64,000 nucleotides of DNA, taken from a virus (lineage: Duplodnaviria > Caudoviricetes). Positions within the stretch are counted from its first letter, which is position 1. Each line of letters begins with the position of its first letter. The notes below the pieces were generated by a model. The model saw only the letters and a program-made list of their open reading frames with translations, did not search any database and was not told where the DNA came from. The stretch is from IMG/VR virus record IMGVR_UViG_651703101_000001, positions 96,001-160,000 of that record; one strand, written 5' to 3'. The position numbers and the translations under genes were made by a program. This document shows positions 20,918 to 31,985 of the stretch, piece by piece.

Positions 20918-21492
20918 AATGCATCCTTAATAATACTTTTTGTCATTGGTGTCAGACGACTTATCGCTTCATAAAGGTCTTCTGCAGAAGCATAGTTAAG
21001 ATCGTCTACCAAACTATTTAGCCGACTTTCACAGTCCTCACATTCATATTCAGCCTCTACTATCCCTAATACTACTGGACAATCGTCATCATAGTATTTA
21101 CATCCACACCTTTTGCAACAGTGTGTTGCATGCACACCTATCTTGTCTACTTCTATCATCCTCTTGGTCCTCCCATGTAGGGATAAAGATGTTTCCATGA
21201 CTCATAGGCACCAGCAGTCCATGGGTGAGAATAGGGATTATTCTCCCAGGATTGGATTTGTTCTTTTGTTCCTTTCCATAGAAGGGGATGTTCTTGTTCA
21301 CTCAACATATGTTGACCTCTGTTGGATATCACCCACTCTTCAAATCTTTCTCTCATTCTAATAGTCATTAGATCCACCATTTAGCATCCCAAAAAGTTAT
21401 AACTAGGCAAAGGCCAAGGATGGCCAAAAGACCGACAACGACAATCCCTAATGCCTGTACAAGAGTGATTACCCAAACTGGTATTACGATAG

Positions 21493-21864
21493 TCATTTTC
21501 CACCTTTCTCCATATGTTTACGGATCCATTCTAACTGATCATCGGTCAGGATGTCAAGTGCCTGCTGGGCCTTACGGTCACTGAAACCATAATGATCTTT
21601 TAACATTGCAATGTTTTCTAGTGTATCATTTTTACTCTTTTTCAACCATTTTTCAAATCGGTTTCCCTTCTTTACAGAATGATAATAGAAGTCGAATTGC
21701 ATATCCTTGGGAAGCTCAGGATAACGGTTCAATTCATTGGCCAACAATACAGTGTCAGGAAATGCGGAAAATGAGTGATTAGTGAGATAGGGCACATAAC
21801 CACTCATGTCTTCTACATCAGTTTTCTTTTGGATTGCTTTGATGTAGTCAAATGCGTCAGCCAT
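21493..21864 (-). CDS. gp62: clamp loader small subunit
   Basis: YVPYLTNHSFS.FPDTVLLANELN...QFDFY...KGNRF. Confidence 0.9.
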   Translation of the reverse strand: MADAFDYIKAIQKKTDVEDMSGYVPYLTNHSFSAFPDTVLLANELNRYPELPKDMQFDFYYHSVKKGNRFEKWLKKSKNDTLENIAMLKDHYGFSDRKAQQALDILTDDQLEWIRKHMEKGGK

Positions 21865-22261
21865 TCTTTACATAAGAGATATTGAACTTTGTTCCGTCAG
21901 AAAGTTGAATAGAACCGGTTTGTTCTTTACTCAACATGAACTCATATAGTTGATTGCGCGCAGGTTCGTCTGCGAGGACCTTTTTCATGTTTTCTGAAAC
22001 TGGAATGTGGTTATACATTGAATTAGGGTGTGATAATAAACAAAATAAGAGCAATAATCCAGGCAGTAAGTGCTAAATCTGATGGATATAAAATATCCAC
22101 TATTGCTGTAAAGATAAGAAGAAATGCCTTCATTTAACTAATAGAAAAAATACACCAAATGAAAAGAGCAACAAACATTATAGTTAGTGTCAATTCAGAC
22201 GGATACAGAATATTTGTAAACGCAGTAAGCAATACAATTAGTCCTGTAAAATTGAAATAAC

Positions 22262-23194
22262 TCATTTGTAATCAAGTAACATGAGCTCTACCATCATTGC
22301 CAGAGTGTTGACTTCTTGATCCACAACGAATGCAGACTTGTAAGAATACTCTGCAAATGTAAGAATTGCCTGGGGAATAGAAGCTGGTTGAAGGTTTGAG
22401 GGAAGTTCATCATAAAGGGACCTGACCAAAGATGTAAAATCCTGATCAAGATTTTCAACTACCCATGTTCTAACCTCTTTGAACTTCTTGTTTTTCAGAG
22501 ATTCAATAACTTCCTTGACAGAAACTGTGCAAACTTCAGTAAGAATACCGGTGTCGATAGTCCCACCCTGAGAATAACGTTGAATTTCATTCAACGCACG
22601 GCGGAAGTCTGGAAAGTGTTTATTAACAAATGCGGCGACAACTTTCTGATCATATGTTACTAGATTTTCATCCAGAATATTACACAATCTTTTGAAGAAT
22701 TGACTCGCAAGTGCCGGTTTCTCTTTTGACGGAATCACAAAATCAATCACCGCACATCGAGAATGTAGGGCAGGAATGAGTTTGTTCTTGTAATTACAAG
22801 TCAAAACGAAAGAACAATTGTTCTGTAGTTCTTCCATCGCAGCACGAAGAGCCTTTTGGGCATCTCCTGTTAGATTATCTGCTTCGTCAAGTAAAAGGAC
22901 TTTACGATCCCCAGTTAGAGAAGTTGTAGAACCGAAAGAAAACATCTTATTTCTGACATCATCAATGCCCCGCTCTGAGGAGGCATTCATGAACATCAAA
23001 TCTGCGTTAATTTCATTACACAGAGCTTTCACGGAGGATGTTTTTCCGATACCTGCTCCACCGGAGAGGATAAGATTTGAGACCTTTCCTGTTTTGACAA
23101 ATTCTTGAAAGGTAGTCTTAATTGTCTTCGGGAGAATACAATCATCAATCGTCTGTGGAGCGTAGCGCTCCACCCACAAAAATTGGTCACTCAT
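22262..23194 (-). CDS. gp44: clamp loader ATPase subunit
   Basis: WVERYAP, GAGIGKT, DEAD, SRC, FPDFRR. Confidence 0.95.
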   Translation of the reverse strand: MSDQFLWVERYAPQTIDDCILPKTIKTTFQEFVKTGKVSNLILSGGAGIGKTSSVKALCNEINADLMFMNASSERGIDDVRNKMFSFGSTTSLTGDRKVLLLDEADNLTGDAQKALRAAMEELQNNCSFVLTCNYKNKLIPALHSRCAVIDFVIPSKEKPALASQFFKRLCNILDENLVTYDQKVVAAFVNKHFPDFRRALNEIQRYSQGGTIDTGILTEVCTVSVKEVIESLKNKKFKEVRTWVVENLDQDFTSLVRSLYDELPSNLQPASIPQAILTFAEYSYKSAFVVDQEVNTLAMMVELMLLDYK

Positions 23195-23862
23195 CAGGAG
23201 TTATAGAAAGAATTGGACGGATCGATAGCAATATAATATTTGATATTACTACTTTGGTGAGTAAAGCGAGAGAGCATTGAGGAAGAAATCACAACATCAT
23301 AATCCCCAGAAATGATTTTAAGACTCTCAACCTTGAAGACGAATTCAAACTCAGTATCACACTGTCCAACTTCAATTTGATAACTGTTAGATCCTGAATT
23401 CTTCTTGTCAGAAACGACGATCTTAATAGTCTCACCATCACCTTTCAGAGAAACATCAGGAATTTGAAGAACTGCAGCTGCCTTCTTGACAGTCTCTAGG
23501 TCTTCTTGTTTAAGAACGAAACAAACATCTTCACTAGGAAGAGAGAGTTCTTTATCTGGAGGAGTCTGAATAACAGATGGCTCGGCATATCGATAATTGA
23601 TAGAATTTGAACCATCAGTAATTTGAATATAATCTTCTAGAAGATTGACTTCTGCACCTGGAATTAGGGACAAACAGTTAAGAAACTGAGAAAGATCATA
23701 AATTGGAACATCCCGTTCAAACGTTTCAGTGACAACTGCTTCCCCGAGCAGATCTTTCATTGAAGAAAGAGTACGCAAAGAAGAACCAGCTTTGATCAAA
23801 AGATTTTGATTAATGGTTGCAAAGTTTTTGAGAATTGAATGAGTCTCTTGTGAGATAAACAT
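23194..23862 (-). CDS. gp45: sliding clamp
   Basis: ILKNFATINQ...IYDLSQFL...GDYDV; adjacent to gp44. Confidence 0.93.
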   Translation of the reverse strand: MFISQETHSILKNFATINQNLLIKAGSSLRTLSSMKDLLGEAVVTETFERDVPIYDLSQFLNCLSLIPGAEVNLLEDYIQITDGSNSINYRYAEPSVIQTPPDKELSLPSEDVCFVLKQEDLETVKKAAAVLQIPDVSLKGDGETIKIVVSDKKNSGSNSYQIEVGQCDTEFEFVFKVESLKIISGDYDVVISSSMLSRFTHQSSNIKYYIAIDPSNSFYNS

Positions 23863-23908
23863 AATAAAAAGTAAGGCGGTTGTAGTTTAGTCGAAGTTGG
23901 TCGGGTTG

Positions 23909-24772
23909 TCAAGGGCCACCACAGCTACAGGATTTTGGAAATCTACAGCACTTAGGATCATACCCACCATTTGTACAGTCAGGCCAATTGGCAATGCATT
24001 CTGGATCACGGGGATCACGATGTTCTTCCCATGGATCTTCTAAGGGTTCGGATGGTTTGGGGAATTCAATTCCGTATTGTTTGAGTTTGTATGTTAGAAG
24101 CTTCTCCCATGCCTTAAGAGTCTCTTTATTTTCTCTATCTTGTTCTGGAGTGGTTTCGATCCCGTTATGTTCCAGAAGTTGTTCCAACGAATCGAACCCT
24201 ACATTATTTTTTATTTGACTTCTGCCAACACCTTCACCGGAACAGATAATATTCATCTGGCCAGGCCGAGAACCGACAACACTTGGACCATTATTGATCA
24301 GTGGAGTAGACGGAATTCCGTCTACTCTACATTCATCGGGAGTGAGAGGGCGCCGGTGACCGGCGCGGTATAACGAAAACCATTCCTCTGACGGGGTGTT
24401 TTCGCCGGGTTTATTTTCATAGTCCCATGCATCATCGATAGATCTGGGCCTTTCGCCATAGTCACGGATCACACGTTTGGCAGTTTCAAAATTGACCTCG
24501 TTCTGACGTTCAAGTGCAATGATCAGAAGGATGAAATAACCTGCGAGATCCGGCACCACATCTTCATCAGATGCCAGTAGACCTGCTCCTTTGGAGATTC
24601 GATTGAGTTTGTCGTCAATCCGAACAAGAATTTGTTCAACTGGATTAGCTTTACTCATGATTCGAGCAGGATTTAATGCTGCATCCCCGTACTTTTCATT
24701 CTTAGAAAGAAGAAGTTCTTTAATTCTATCACAAGTTTCTATTATATCTTGTCTAGTTTGGTTGTTACTCAT
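23909..24772 (-). CDS. N-terminal DUF1599/Nmad1-like helical pyrophosphatase domain protein
   Basis: KNEKYGDA...VRIDDKLNRI...DLAGY. Confidence 0.6.
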   Translation of the reverse strand: MSNNQTRQDIIETCDRIKELLLSKNEKYGDAALNPARIMSKANPVEQILVRIDDKLNRISKGAGLLASDEDVVPDLAGYFILLIIALERQNEVNFETAKRVIRDYGERPRSIDDAWDYENKPGENTPSEEWFSLYRAGHRRPLTPDECRVDGIPSTPLINNGPSVVGSRPGQMNIICSGEGVGRSQIKNNVGFDSLEQLLEHNGIETTPEQDRENKETLKAWEKLLTYKLKQYGIEFPKPSEPLEDPWEEHRDPRDPECIANWPDCTNGGYDPKCCRFPKSCSCGGP

Positions 24773-25209
24773 AGAGGTAGTTTAGATGTAGTGGTTGCCT
24801 TAGGAGTTCTTGGTTTCCTAGGAGTAGTGGTTTTAACTTTGGTTGCCGTAGTCTTTTTGGTAGTTGTTTTCTTTGCTGTTTGGGACTTACGTGCAGTTCC
24901 GGTAGATTTTGTTCTTGCTGCAGGAAGATCAACATCAGAAACAACCTGAGTCTCAGGTTTACTTTTATCATTTTTCATTTCATCGATAGAAATGATTTTG
25001 ACTTTGGATGTCCAACCTGTACTGGACACCATTTCATTAAAGTATTTCTTTGTTGCAACAACTGCGCGATTAAGAGTATTTGTTTCTACCCAATGATAGA
25101 ACCAACTTGTATATGCTGGGGTTTCTTTGTCATGTTTATACTCATACGTCACTTCCATAGAAAAGATTCTTTTCTCTGGTTTTACAGGAGTTACAACTTC
25201 AGTTTCCAT
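24769..25209 (-). CDS. hypothetical protein with K/T-rich basic tail
   Basis: Histone-H1-like low-complexity C-terminus. Confidence 0.55.
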   Translation of the reverse strand: METEVVTPVKPEKRIFSMEVTYEYKHDKETPAYTSWFYHWVETNTLNRAVVATKKYFNEMVSSTGWTSKVKIISIDEMKNDKSKPETQVVSDVDLPAARTKSTGTARKSQTAKKTTTKKTTATKVKTTTPRKPRTPKATTTSKLPL

Positions 25210-25398
25210 TTTGTAAATTCAATTGACGAACAATATCTTCACGAAGATATATGAATTGTTGAATGTAATCATCGAGTTTACCATTCACATTAGATTCTTC
25301 TGTTTTGATAATATATGTCTCTATACAGAAAATTACATCTTCTATTTGTTCATCTGTTAAGTTAATAAACTTGCTCATAATCAGAATTCAATCACATC

Positions 25399-25456
25399 AG
25401 AATAACGGATATCCAATATCCTGTCAATAGAATTGTGACAGTCCATGGACTGTCAC
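25399..25456 (-). promoter_or_regulatory. sigma70-type promoter with upstream palindrome
   Basis: GTGACAGT-N6-ACTGTCAC (25435-25456), then TTGACA-N17-TATTCT on the minus strand. Confidence 0.75.
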
Positions 25457-26124
25457 AATAGTCCACTACTTCTGAGTTTATGTTGCCAGACTTGATAACC
25501 AAGGGAATTTAGATGAATCCCATCGTAGGTATACATCAATTTCAATCCATTTCGATCTGAAAGAACTGTATTTACATCCAGATAATCTTCCTTTGGAATT
25601 CTATCCCTTAGGAGTCTGTTTAATTCATTTACTTTATTGAGTGAATCGGATCCACAGAGAGAACGTGTACAAGCAATTGTAGACTGTACTACGACTCTTG
25701 CTCCTGTAGTAACCCTCAGATAGTCACGAATCATTACAATTCTATCACGAATCCCCTGTGGGTCAAATTTCCACCAGAGAATATCGTTAATACCAACCAT
25801 TAAAATATAAGTTTTTGCTCCCGTACTCTGTACTGTAGTTACTCTTGCTGCGACATGATATGTCGTATCACCAGGGACTCCCTGATTTATGGTGATTCTC
25901 TCTGGGAAGGCTGCCTGCCAATTATTAAAAGCAGTGAGAGAATCACCAACAAAAGTAATTGGATCATTTGCTCTTTGTAGAGGCCAACATCCAGGTGGTG
26001 CGACTGCACGAAGTTCGGCAATTAGTTCTGTTTTTTCCCTCTGTGGAACCAAAACACTCCTTTGGATATTTGCTGAAATACTATCTACTTGTGCACAAGT
26101 TAGAAATGGAAATACCGGTAACAT
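25453..26124 (-). CDS. GDSL/SGNH hydrolase
   Basis: GDSL, NQGVPGDT, GIND and DGIH blocks. Confidence 0.88.
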   Translation of the reverse strand: MLPVFPFLTCAQVDSISANIQRSVLVPQREKTELIAELRAVAPPGCWPLQRANDPITFVGDSLTAFNNWQAAFPERITINQGVPGDTTYHVAARVTTVQSTGAKTYILMVGINDILWWKFDPQGIRDRIVMIRDYLRVTTGARVVVQSTIACTRSLCGSDSLNKVNELNRLLRDRIPKEDYLDVNTVLSDRNGLKLMYTYDGIHLNSLGYQVWQHKLRSSGLL

Positions 26125-26128
26125 TTAT

Positions 26129-26773
26129 TTACTCTGCTGATGGTGAAATGAATTCTGAAGCTTCATCATTCCACCAGGCCTCGAACTCTGAACGAAGATA
26201 TTCTGCGTCAATCTTAAAATGTTCATCGCCTGTTTTTTTATAGTCGGCCATGAGTTGTTGCATTTGAAGATTTAAATCGTGAGCTGTAATGTCCATGACA
26301 AGTTTCTTAATGGTAAAGTTTGGATCGTCTAGCCGACTGAAATTAGTATCATTCAAAACATCTATTGTTGTAGAGTTCCATGAGACGAATTTCTTCTTTT
26401 AGAGCCTCTTCATCTTTTTGGGCTTCCCTCCAAGCTTGGGTAGGAAAGTGTGTAGGTGGTCCTACTACATAAACTTCTTCCATTTCTTCACTCAAGAATT
26501 CATCATTATTTAGGAACATATATTTGGTAGGTGTCATTGTTTGTTCTTTTTGAGTTTGTTAGATTGGTCTTCTAAATCTTTAATCAATTTATCAAGTTCA
26601 TCAACATAGATAATACGAGTTCCGTAATCATCTACTGTTACACAGGCATGGATGGCCCCTGCCAGCGCAGAAATTTGCATATCTTCATAGGTCATCCAAC
26701 TTCCATGTGGATAGGATGAGGCCTCCATATTCATATAGGAATTATAGATATCAATTGGGAGTAAGTTAGTCAT
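26129..26773 (-). other. three small hypothetical ORFs (26129-26356, 26349-26537, 26534-26773)
   Basis: Overlapping ORFs on the coding strand. Confidence 0.5.
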
Positions 26774-27200
26774 GAATGGACAGTAACATAGGGACGAATT
26801 CCTGTCAAGTCTGTGTTGAAATTACAACAGACTGTAAAGGGCCTTGACAAGATGCTCCAAATTAATTAGGATGCCGAGTGTTGAGGTGAAAGGGGCTTTA
26901 GATAGCTTAAGTTTTATAGCTACCTAAAGAACTTATATTAGACTGGTGTTAACACAAAGGGGAGCTTTAAGCTCCCCTTTGTCCTTAGAAGTAACAGGAA
27001 AACGTTTCGTTTTCCAGTAGATCTTCTAGTTCGTCATCAACATTGATGCCATAGTATTGTTCGTAGAACACATCAAACTCACTATTCTCAATACCTAGAT
27101 AGCGAGATGCAAAAAGTTCTAGATCGGAAACAGGAAGAAATGGAGTTTTCATGATAATGACCGAAGTGGGTGAGTTTATTTAGTTGAGTTTACGGAAAAC

Positions 27201-27515
27201 TCATTCAATTGTACCGGTTACATCCTCTAAACATCTGAGGGCCGAATTCAAATTCGCATAATCATATGTCCAAATATAAGTATCGGGAGCCTCCATTTCC
27301 CTTTTCATGTCTACTACACGTTTATGATAAGAAACGAGAGAACCAATAAGATATCTTGCAAGATGAAGGTTTAGGTCTGGTTCGTTTACCCGGTTCACCT
27401 CTTTTGCAATCACCTTTGCCCGTTCTTGTGCCGTTAGTTTCTCTAACGGTTTAGGTTGGGGAGGGGGCGTGGAATTCCATTTTAATAGATCGTCAACGGT
27501 GTTAAACTCTTGCAT
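27201..27515 (-). CDS. hypothetical protein, first gene of the leftward unit
   Basis: GAGG RBS before MQEFNT; TATAAT at 27538-27543 (minus strand). Confidence 0.55.
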   Translation of the reverse strand: MQEFNTVDDLLKWNSTPPPQPKPLEKLTAQERAKVIAKEVNRVNEPDLNLHLARYLIGSLVSYHKRVVDMKREMEAPDTYIWTYDYANLNSALRCLEDVTGTIE

Positions 27516-27719
27516 TGGTTTCCTCGTGCGTCTGCATATTATAACGCAGTAAGAGTTCAAAACGTGTGGTGTTGTGCCAGTTTGATGATTGGTACCAACC
27601 GGATACCTTAAGCTAGCGCGCGAGAGGCCCCATTTTTGATAAGCCAATTAAAGGACTGTCTACTGGACAACCTATGGATTTGTCCTTCTGGTATGATATA
27701 TGCATACGAAATAAAACCT

Positions 27720-29861
27720 ATGGCCTTTCTAGAAACTAAAGGAATGCTTGCCCGTCTGTTGGCGACTGAAAACCTTGTCGTCGAACATGATCCCAAGGCA
27801 AAGACTGCGAGCTTCAATGTACAAACTCGCGTCATGACTCTTCCTGTGTGGGAAGTTGAAAGTGAAGAGATTTATAACCTTTTTGTTTCTCACGAAGTTG
27901 GCCATGCCCTTTGGACTCCTACCAACTTTCCTGAAATTCTAGAGAAAGCTGGGGTCAATGCATCTCTTGTGAATATTCTAGAGGATATTCGTATTGAGAA
28001 GATGATCCAAGAGAAATTCCCCGGTCTTCGTCGTGATTATTCGATTGGGTATAAAAAACTATACGAATCTAATATTTTCGGTACTAAAGATAAAGATATC
28101 AAACAATTTGGTTTTGTTGACAGAATTAATCTTCATCATAAGGTTGGTGCGAGCCTTTTGGTTCCGTTCTCCGAACGGGAACTCGATATGGTTCAATACA
28201 TCGAAAAGTGCGATTCATATGAAGATATTGTTGAACTTTCTGAAAAGATCCAAACCTATGTAAAAATGAAGGGAGAAGTGGATCCTTCTTTCTTCGGTGA
28301 TCTTTCAGCTGATACTGTCGTTATTGTTGAAGGTGGCCACCTCCCAAATGCAAAACCCGGTGAAGAATACTCCGGCGCCCTGGGGCAGGGTGCTGGGTTT
28401 GGTTCTATCGATATCAGTGATGAAGAAGTTGAATCGGGCATGCATGAAGACTCTCAAGAATCCGAAGACTCTCAAGAATCCGAAGACTCTCAAGAATCCG
28501 AAGAAATTTCTTCAGAAGATCAACCAGATATCGGTGAGCTTGAGTCCGAAACTCAAGAGTCCCTTGAGCAAGCAATGCTTCGTATGTTGACTGGGGATAC
28601 ACGTAATTATATTTACGTTTATCCTCCCACTGTGGATCCTGATGATTATATCTGGCCTATTTCTGAGCTCAGACGAAACGCTGATGTACTCGGTATCCAA
28701 ATGCTTGAGAGTGAATTTCCGGTAAAGTCTGAATACGAAAAGTTCATGTTGCAAATCCGTCGTGATGTGAATCACATGGTGCAGCAATTTGAAATGAGAA
28801 AGTCCGCCGAACTCTATTCCCGCATCAAAGTCAATAAGACTGGTATGCTGGATACGAGTCGCCTTCATAACTATAGGCTTACTGAGGATATTTTCCTAAC
28901 ACAGGAAACTCGTCCTGATGGTAAGTCTCACGGTATGGTAATGCTTTTGGATTGGTCAGGTTCTATGGATCGAATTGCGTTCGATACGATCAAACAAATC
29001 ATCGTTCTTGTGCAGTTCTGTCGTAAAGTTCAGATTCCTTTTCAGGTTCTGTTGTTTACCACCGGGCGGAATTACAAAGATCTAAACTATAGACAATTTG
29101 TCGGTCAAGCCTATGGCCGTGCTCAAGTTGTTGAGGTCCTAACATCTGCTGTCAATAAGAATCAACTAGATAATGATCTATATCATTTCTATATGATTGG
29201 TTACTCTAAGAGTAAGTCTACCTATGGTAAGGGCTATAGTGTTAATGGCTTGGTTGCAATGGGAGGTACCCCACTGAATAACGTCATGATGGTGGCACCT
29301 AGTTTTCTTGCAAGATTTAAAGAAAGAAATCGAATTGACAAGATTTCTTTTGTGGTCGTCACTGACGGGGATTCTAGTAATTTGGAATATGTTTCACCTA
29401 ATGGTGAATTCAATTCCATTTACTATGGGAATGGAATGATTCGTGGAAGAAATGGCCACGTCTGGCCACTTCCTCTGACCGCATCTAAGGTTCCTGGGTC
29501 TATTGCAAAATGGATTACTCATCAACTTCCTTATGTCAAGTGCACAAATATTTTTCTCGGTAATTACTCCATGAGTAACTGTTACTTTGGAAGACTTACA
29601 AATGAGGATATTGATAGTTCGATTTATCAGTCTATTCCTCGTACAACCTTTAACAAAGAGAAAGGGTATCACTTCACAACTCCTAACAACTGGGAACTTG
29701 TAGCACTAATGAATCCTTCTGCATTTAGTGAAACTGCAGAAGAAATTGAAGTTGGCGATGATGCATCCATGACTCAAGTTAAGAATGCATTCAAGAAATT
29801 TCTAAACAAGAAATCTTGTAGTAAGAAAGTTCTCACTGCCCTAATTGACAGTTTCGCCTAG
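27720..29861 (+). CDS. CobT-like HEXXH peptidase plus VWA domain protein
   Basis: HEVGH, NILEDIRIE, DWSGS MIDAS, GGTPL, TDGD; paired with an AAA+ ATPase. Confidence 0.85.
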   Translation: MAFLETKGMLARLLATENLVVEHDPKAKTASFNVQTRVMTLPVWEVESEEIYNLFVSHEVGHALWTPTNFPEILEKAGVNASLVNILEDIRIEKMIQEKFPGLRRDYSIGYKKLYESNIFGTKDKDIKQFGFVDRINLHHKVGASLLVPFSERELDMVQYIEKCDSYEDIVELSEKIQTYVKMKGEVDPSFFGDLSADTVVIVEGGHLPNAKPGEEYSGALGQGAGFGSIDISDEEVESGMHEDSQESEDSQESEDSQESEEISSEDQPDIGELESETQESLEQAMLRMLTGDTRNYIYVYPPTVDPDDYIWPISELRRNADVLGIQMLESEFPVKSEYEKFMLQIRRDVNHMVQQFEMRKSAELYSRIKVNKTGMLDTSRLHNYRLTEDIFLTQETRPDGKSHGMVMLLDWSGSMDRIAFDTIKQIIVLVQFCRKVQIPFQVLLFTTGRNYKDLNYRQFVGQAYGRAQVVEVLTSAVNKNQLDNDLYHFYMIGYSKSKSTYGKGYSVNGLVAMGGTPLNNVMMVAPSFLARFKERNRIDKISFVVVTDGDSSNLEYVSPNGEFNSIYYGNGMIRGRNGHVWPLPLTASKVPGSIAKWITHQLPYVKCTNIFLGNYSMSNCYFGRLTNEDIDSSIYQSIPRTTFNKEKGYHFTTPNNWELVALMNPSAFSETAEEIEVGDDASMTQVKNAFKKFLNKKSCSKKVLTALIDSFA
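28446..28504 (+). repeat. in-frame 18-bp tandem repeat x3.3 (EDSQES)
   Basis: GAAGACTCTCAAGAATCC repeated exactly three times. Confidence 0.95.
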
Positions 29862-29945
29862 GGAGGTGCCAGTCAAAAAACTGGCACCTTCTTTTCCCAC
29901 AACCCACCAAAATCTGTTAATCTGACTTAAGTAAATTACACAATT

Positions 29946-31211
29946 ATGAAAATTCCTACCACTGACGAACTTCGTCAAACTATTTCTGATGAGTTTGGTA
30001 CTGATGTAACTACCAGGCAAATTCGTCTTTGGGCTGAAGCCAATGATCACACTCCTTCTTCGATTCTGAATCGTCTGAAAGACTATAAATCTGGTCATGG
30101 TAAGTATGACCTCTCAGTGAAAGAGGTGTTGGAACATAGTTTTGATCGACCAGCTGTCAATCCGGTTGGTGAAGTCGCGACTATTGTTCGTGATTATGAT
30201 TCTCTGGTCCCTGAAGCCGATCCGATGTTTGTTCCTTTCGGGAACTACTCTGATCTGGTCAAGATCATTCGTTCCAAAATCTTTTATCCCATTTTCATCA
30301 CTGGTCTTTCCGGCAATGGTAAGACTCACTCCATCTATCAGGCGTGTAATAAACTCAAACGTGATCTGATTCATTGTAGTATCACAATCGAAACTGACCA
30401 AGATGATCTTCTTGGTGGTTTCCGTCTTGTGGATGGTGAAACTGCATGGCATGACGGTCCTGTGATCGAGGCAATGAAACGTGGCGCCGTTCTTCTTCTT
30501 GACGAACTTGACCTTGCATCTAACAAGATTCTCTGTCTGCAATCTGTTCTTGAGGGTCGTGGAGTTTATCTGAAAAAGATTAACAAATGGGTGAATCCAG
30601 CCCCAGGATTCAATGTTATCGCGACTGCGAATACTAAGGGTAAAGGATCCGATAGTGGTAGGTTCATTGGTACTAATATTCTCAACGAAGCGTTTCTGGA
30701 ACGTTTCCCTGTAACTTTCGAGCAAGAATATCCTGCTATAGCCGTCGAGAAAAAGATTCTCACTCGCAATTTTGAGGCACTTAACTATACAAAGGATACC
30801 ACTAAGCTCGTAGAGAATCTGGTCAACTGGGCCGATGTGATTCGTAAAACCTACAATGATGGGGGCGTGGATGATCTTATCTCCACTCGTCGTCTGGTTA
30901 ATATCGTCAGGGCCTATGTGATTTGGGAAAATCCTCTTAAGGCGATTCAGTTCTGTACCAATCGTTTTGATGAAGATACTTCTAAGGTGTTTCGTGATCT
31001 TTATGAGAAAATTTCAGGTGACATTGTTTCTGTTGAAGATGCATCAGAAAGTTCATCTGAACTTTCTGAGGAAGGATATCCAAAGAGCCCCAATTATGGC
31101 GACATTTGGGAGAAAGTAAATGCTGATGGAGATAAGCAACTCTATATCTACTCACCTGCCTCTCCAGAACATAACCGTCCTGCCGATAGTTGGGTTCCCA
31201 TTAACAAATAA
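29946..31211 (+). CDS. cobS: CobS-like MoxR AAA+ ATPase
   Basis: GLSGNGKT, LLLDELD, ATANTKGKG, NEAFLERF, ISTRRL. Confidence 0.9.
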   Translation: MKIPTTDELRQTISDEFGTDVTTRQIRLWAEANDHTPSSILNRLKDYKSGHGKYDLSVKEVLEHSFDRPAVNPVGEVATIVRDYDSLVPEADPMFVPFGNYSDLVKIIRSKIFYPIFITGLSGNGKTHSIYQACNKLKRDLIHCSITIETDQDDLLGGFRLVDGETAWHDGPVIEAMKRGAVLLLDELDLASNKILCLQSVLEGRGVYLKKINKWVNPAPGFNVIATANTKGKGSDSGRFIGTNILNEAFLERFPVTFEQEYPAIAVEKKILTRNFEALNYTKDTTKLVENLVNWADVIRKTYNDGGVDDLISTRRLVNIVRAYVIWENPLKAIQFCTNRFDEDTSKVFRDLYEKISGDIVSVEDASESSSELSEEGYPKSPNYGDIWEKVNADGDKQLYIYSPASPEHNRPADSWVPINK

Positions 31212-31441
31212 ATAGTTGACAACCAAAGATCCCTGTGCACAGGGATCTATTATCTCAACTATTATGAATGCACCTAATTTTTATACCACAGAAGAAGATT
31301 TAAAAGAAATCACAGAACTTATTGAAGACACGGTTGAGCACCTTTGTGACGCAAATACTCTTTCGGGGGAATTCGTTTGGGGAGTTGTTGAGTGTTTGGC
31401 AGCTGCCAAACTAGCACAAATTCAAGGTCTTATCGATTGAT

Positions 31442-31506
31442 GTGCCAGTTGAAAGACTGGCACAAGCCCCTTGACTTCCTCGGTAAGATCGGTTATGCTA
31501 GCTAAG
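31442..31506 (+). promoter_or_regulatory. palindrome plus sigma70-type promoter
   Basis: GTGCCAGT-N6-ACTGGCAC, TTGACT-N17-TATGCT, then AGCTAAG; near-identical copy at 53102-53166. Confidence 0.85.
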
Positions 31507-31546
31507 TTCAAGAAATCAATATTTCATGACTAAATAAAAGAGACAT

Positions 31547-31618
31547 GCGATCGTAGTTCAGCGGTAGAACGCTATCCTTCCAAGTTAGATGTCGCTGGTT
31601 CAAATCCAGTCGGTCGCT
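31547..31618 (+). tRNA. tRNA-Gly(TCC)
   Basis: Cloverleaf, loop CTTCCAA, T loop TTCAAAT. Confidence 0.9.
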
Positions 31619-31622
31619 CTTT

Positions 31623-31697
31623 GCCCTCGTAGTTCAGCCCGGATAGAACACCGCACTTCTAATGCGTTTGTCGTAGGTTCAAATCCTACCGAGGGTG
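31623..31697 (+). tRNA. tRNA-Arg(TCT)
   Basis: Cloverleaf, loop CTTCTAA. Confidence 0.9.
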
Positions 31698-31716
31698 CTT
31701 AAATTCTTTATTTGTT

Positions 31717-31977
31717 ATGGATTTTCCTTCAGCCAAGTCTCTTAAAGATCATTTTAATAAGTCGGATTATAACAATAATCCTGACGAAGTAATGAAGGTC
31801 CTTCTGGAAAAGATTCAATCAGCCATAAAAGCTGGCCCAACGTATAACATCACTACGGCATATGCTCCTTTACCAACAAATCGAGAAACTATCCGATCTG
31901 TTAGACTTAAATTACAAGATCTAGGGTATAGGGTCTGGATCGATCACGATGTCAGGCACATTAGTGTTTCTTGGTGA
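31717..31977 (+). CDS. hypothetical protein
   Basis: 86-aa ORF between tRNAs and late promoters. Confidence 0.5.
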   Translation: MDFPSAKSLKDHFNKSDYNNNPDEVMKVLLEKIQSAIKAGPTYNITTAYAPLPTNRETIRSVRLKLQDLGYRVWIDHDVRHISVSW

Positions 31978-31985
31978 CGAAAAGT

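Noticed and set aside
28446-28504. Functional DNA repeat array
   Set aside because: It is a simple in-frame expansion in an acidic protein linker.
29946-31211. Cobalamin biosynthesis pathway
   Set aside because: The CobS-like plus VWA pair is common in T4-like cyanophages, and no other cob genes are present.
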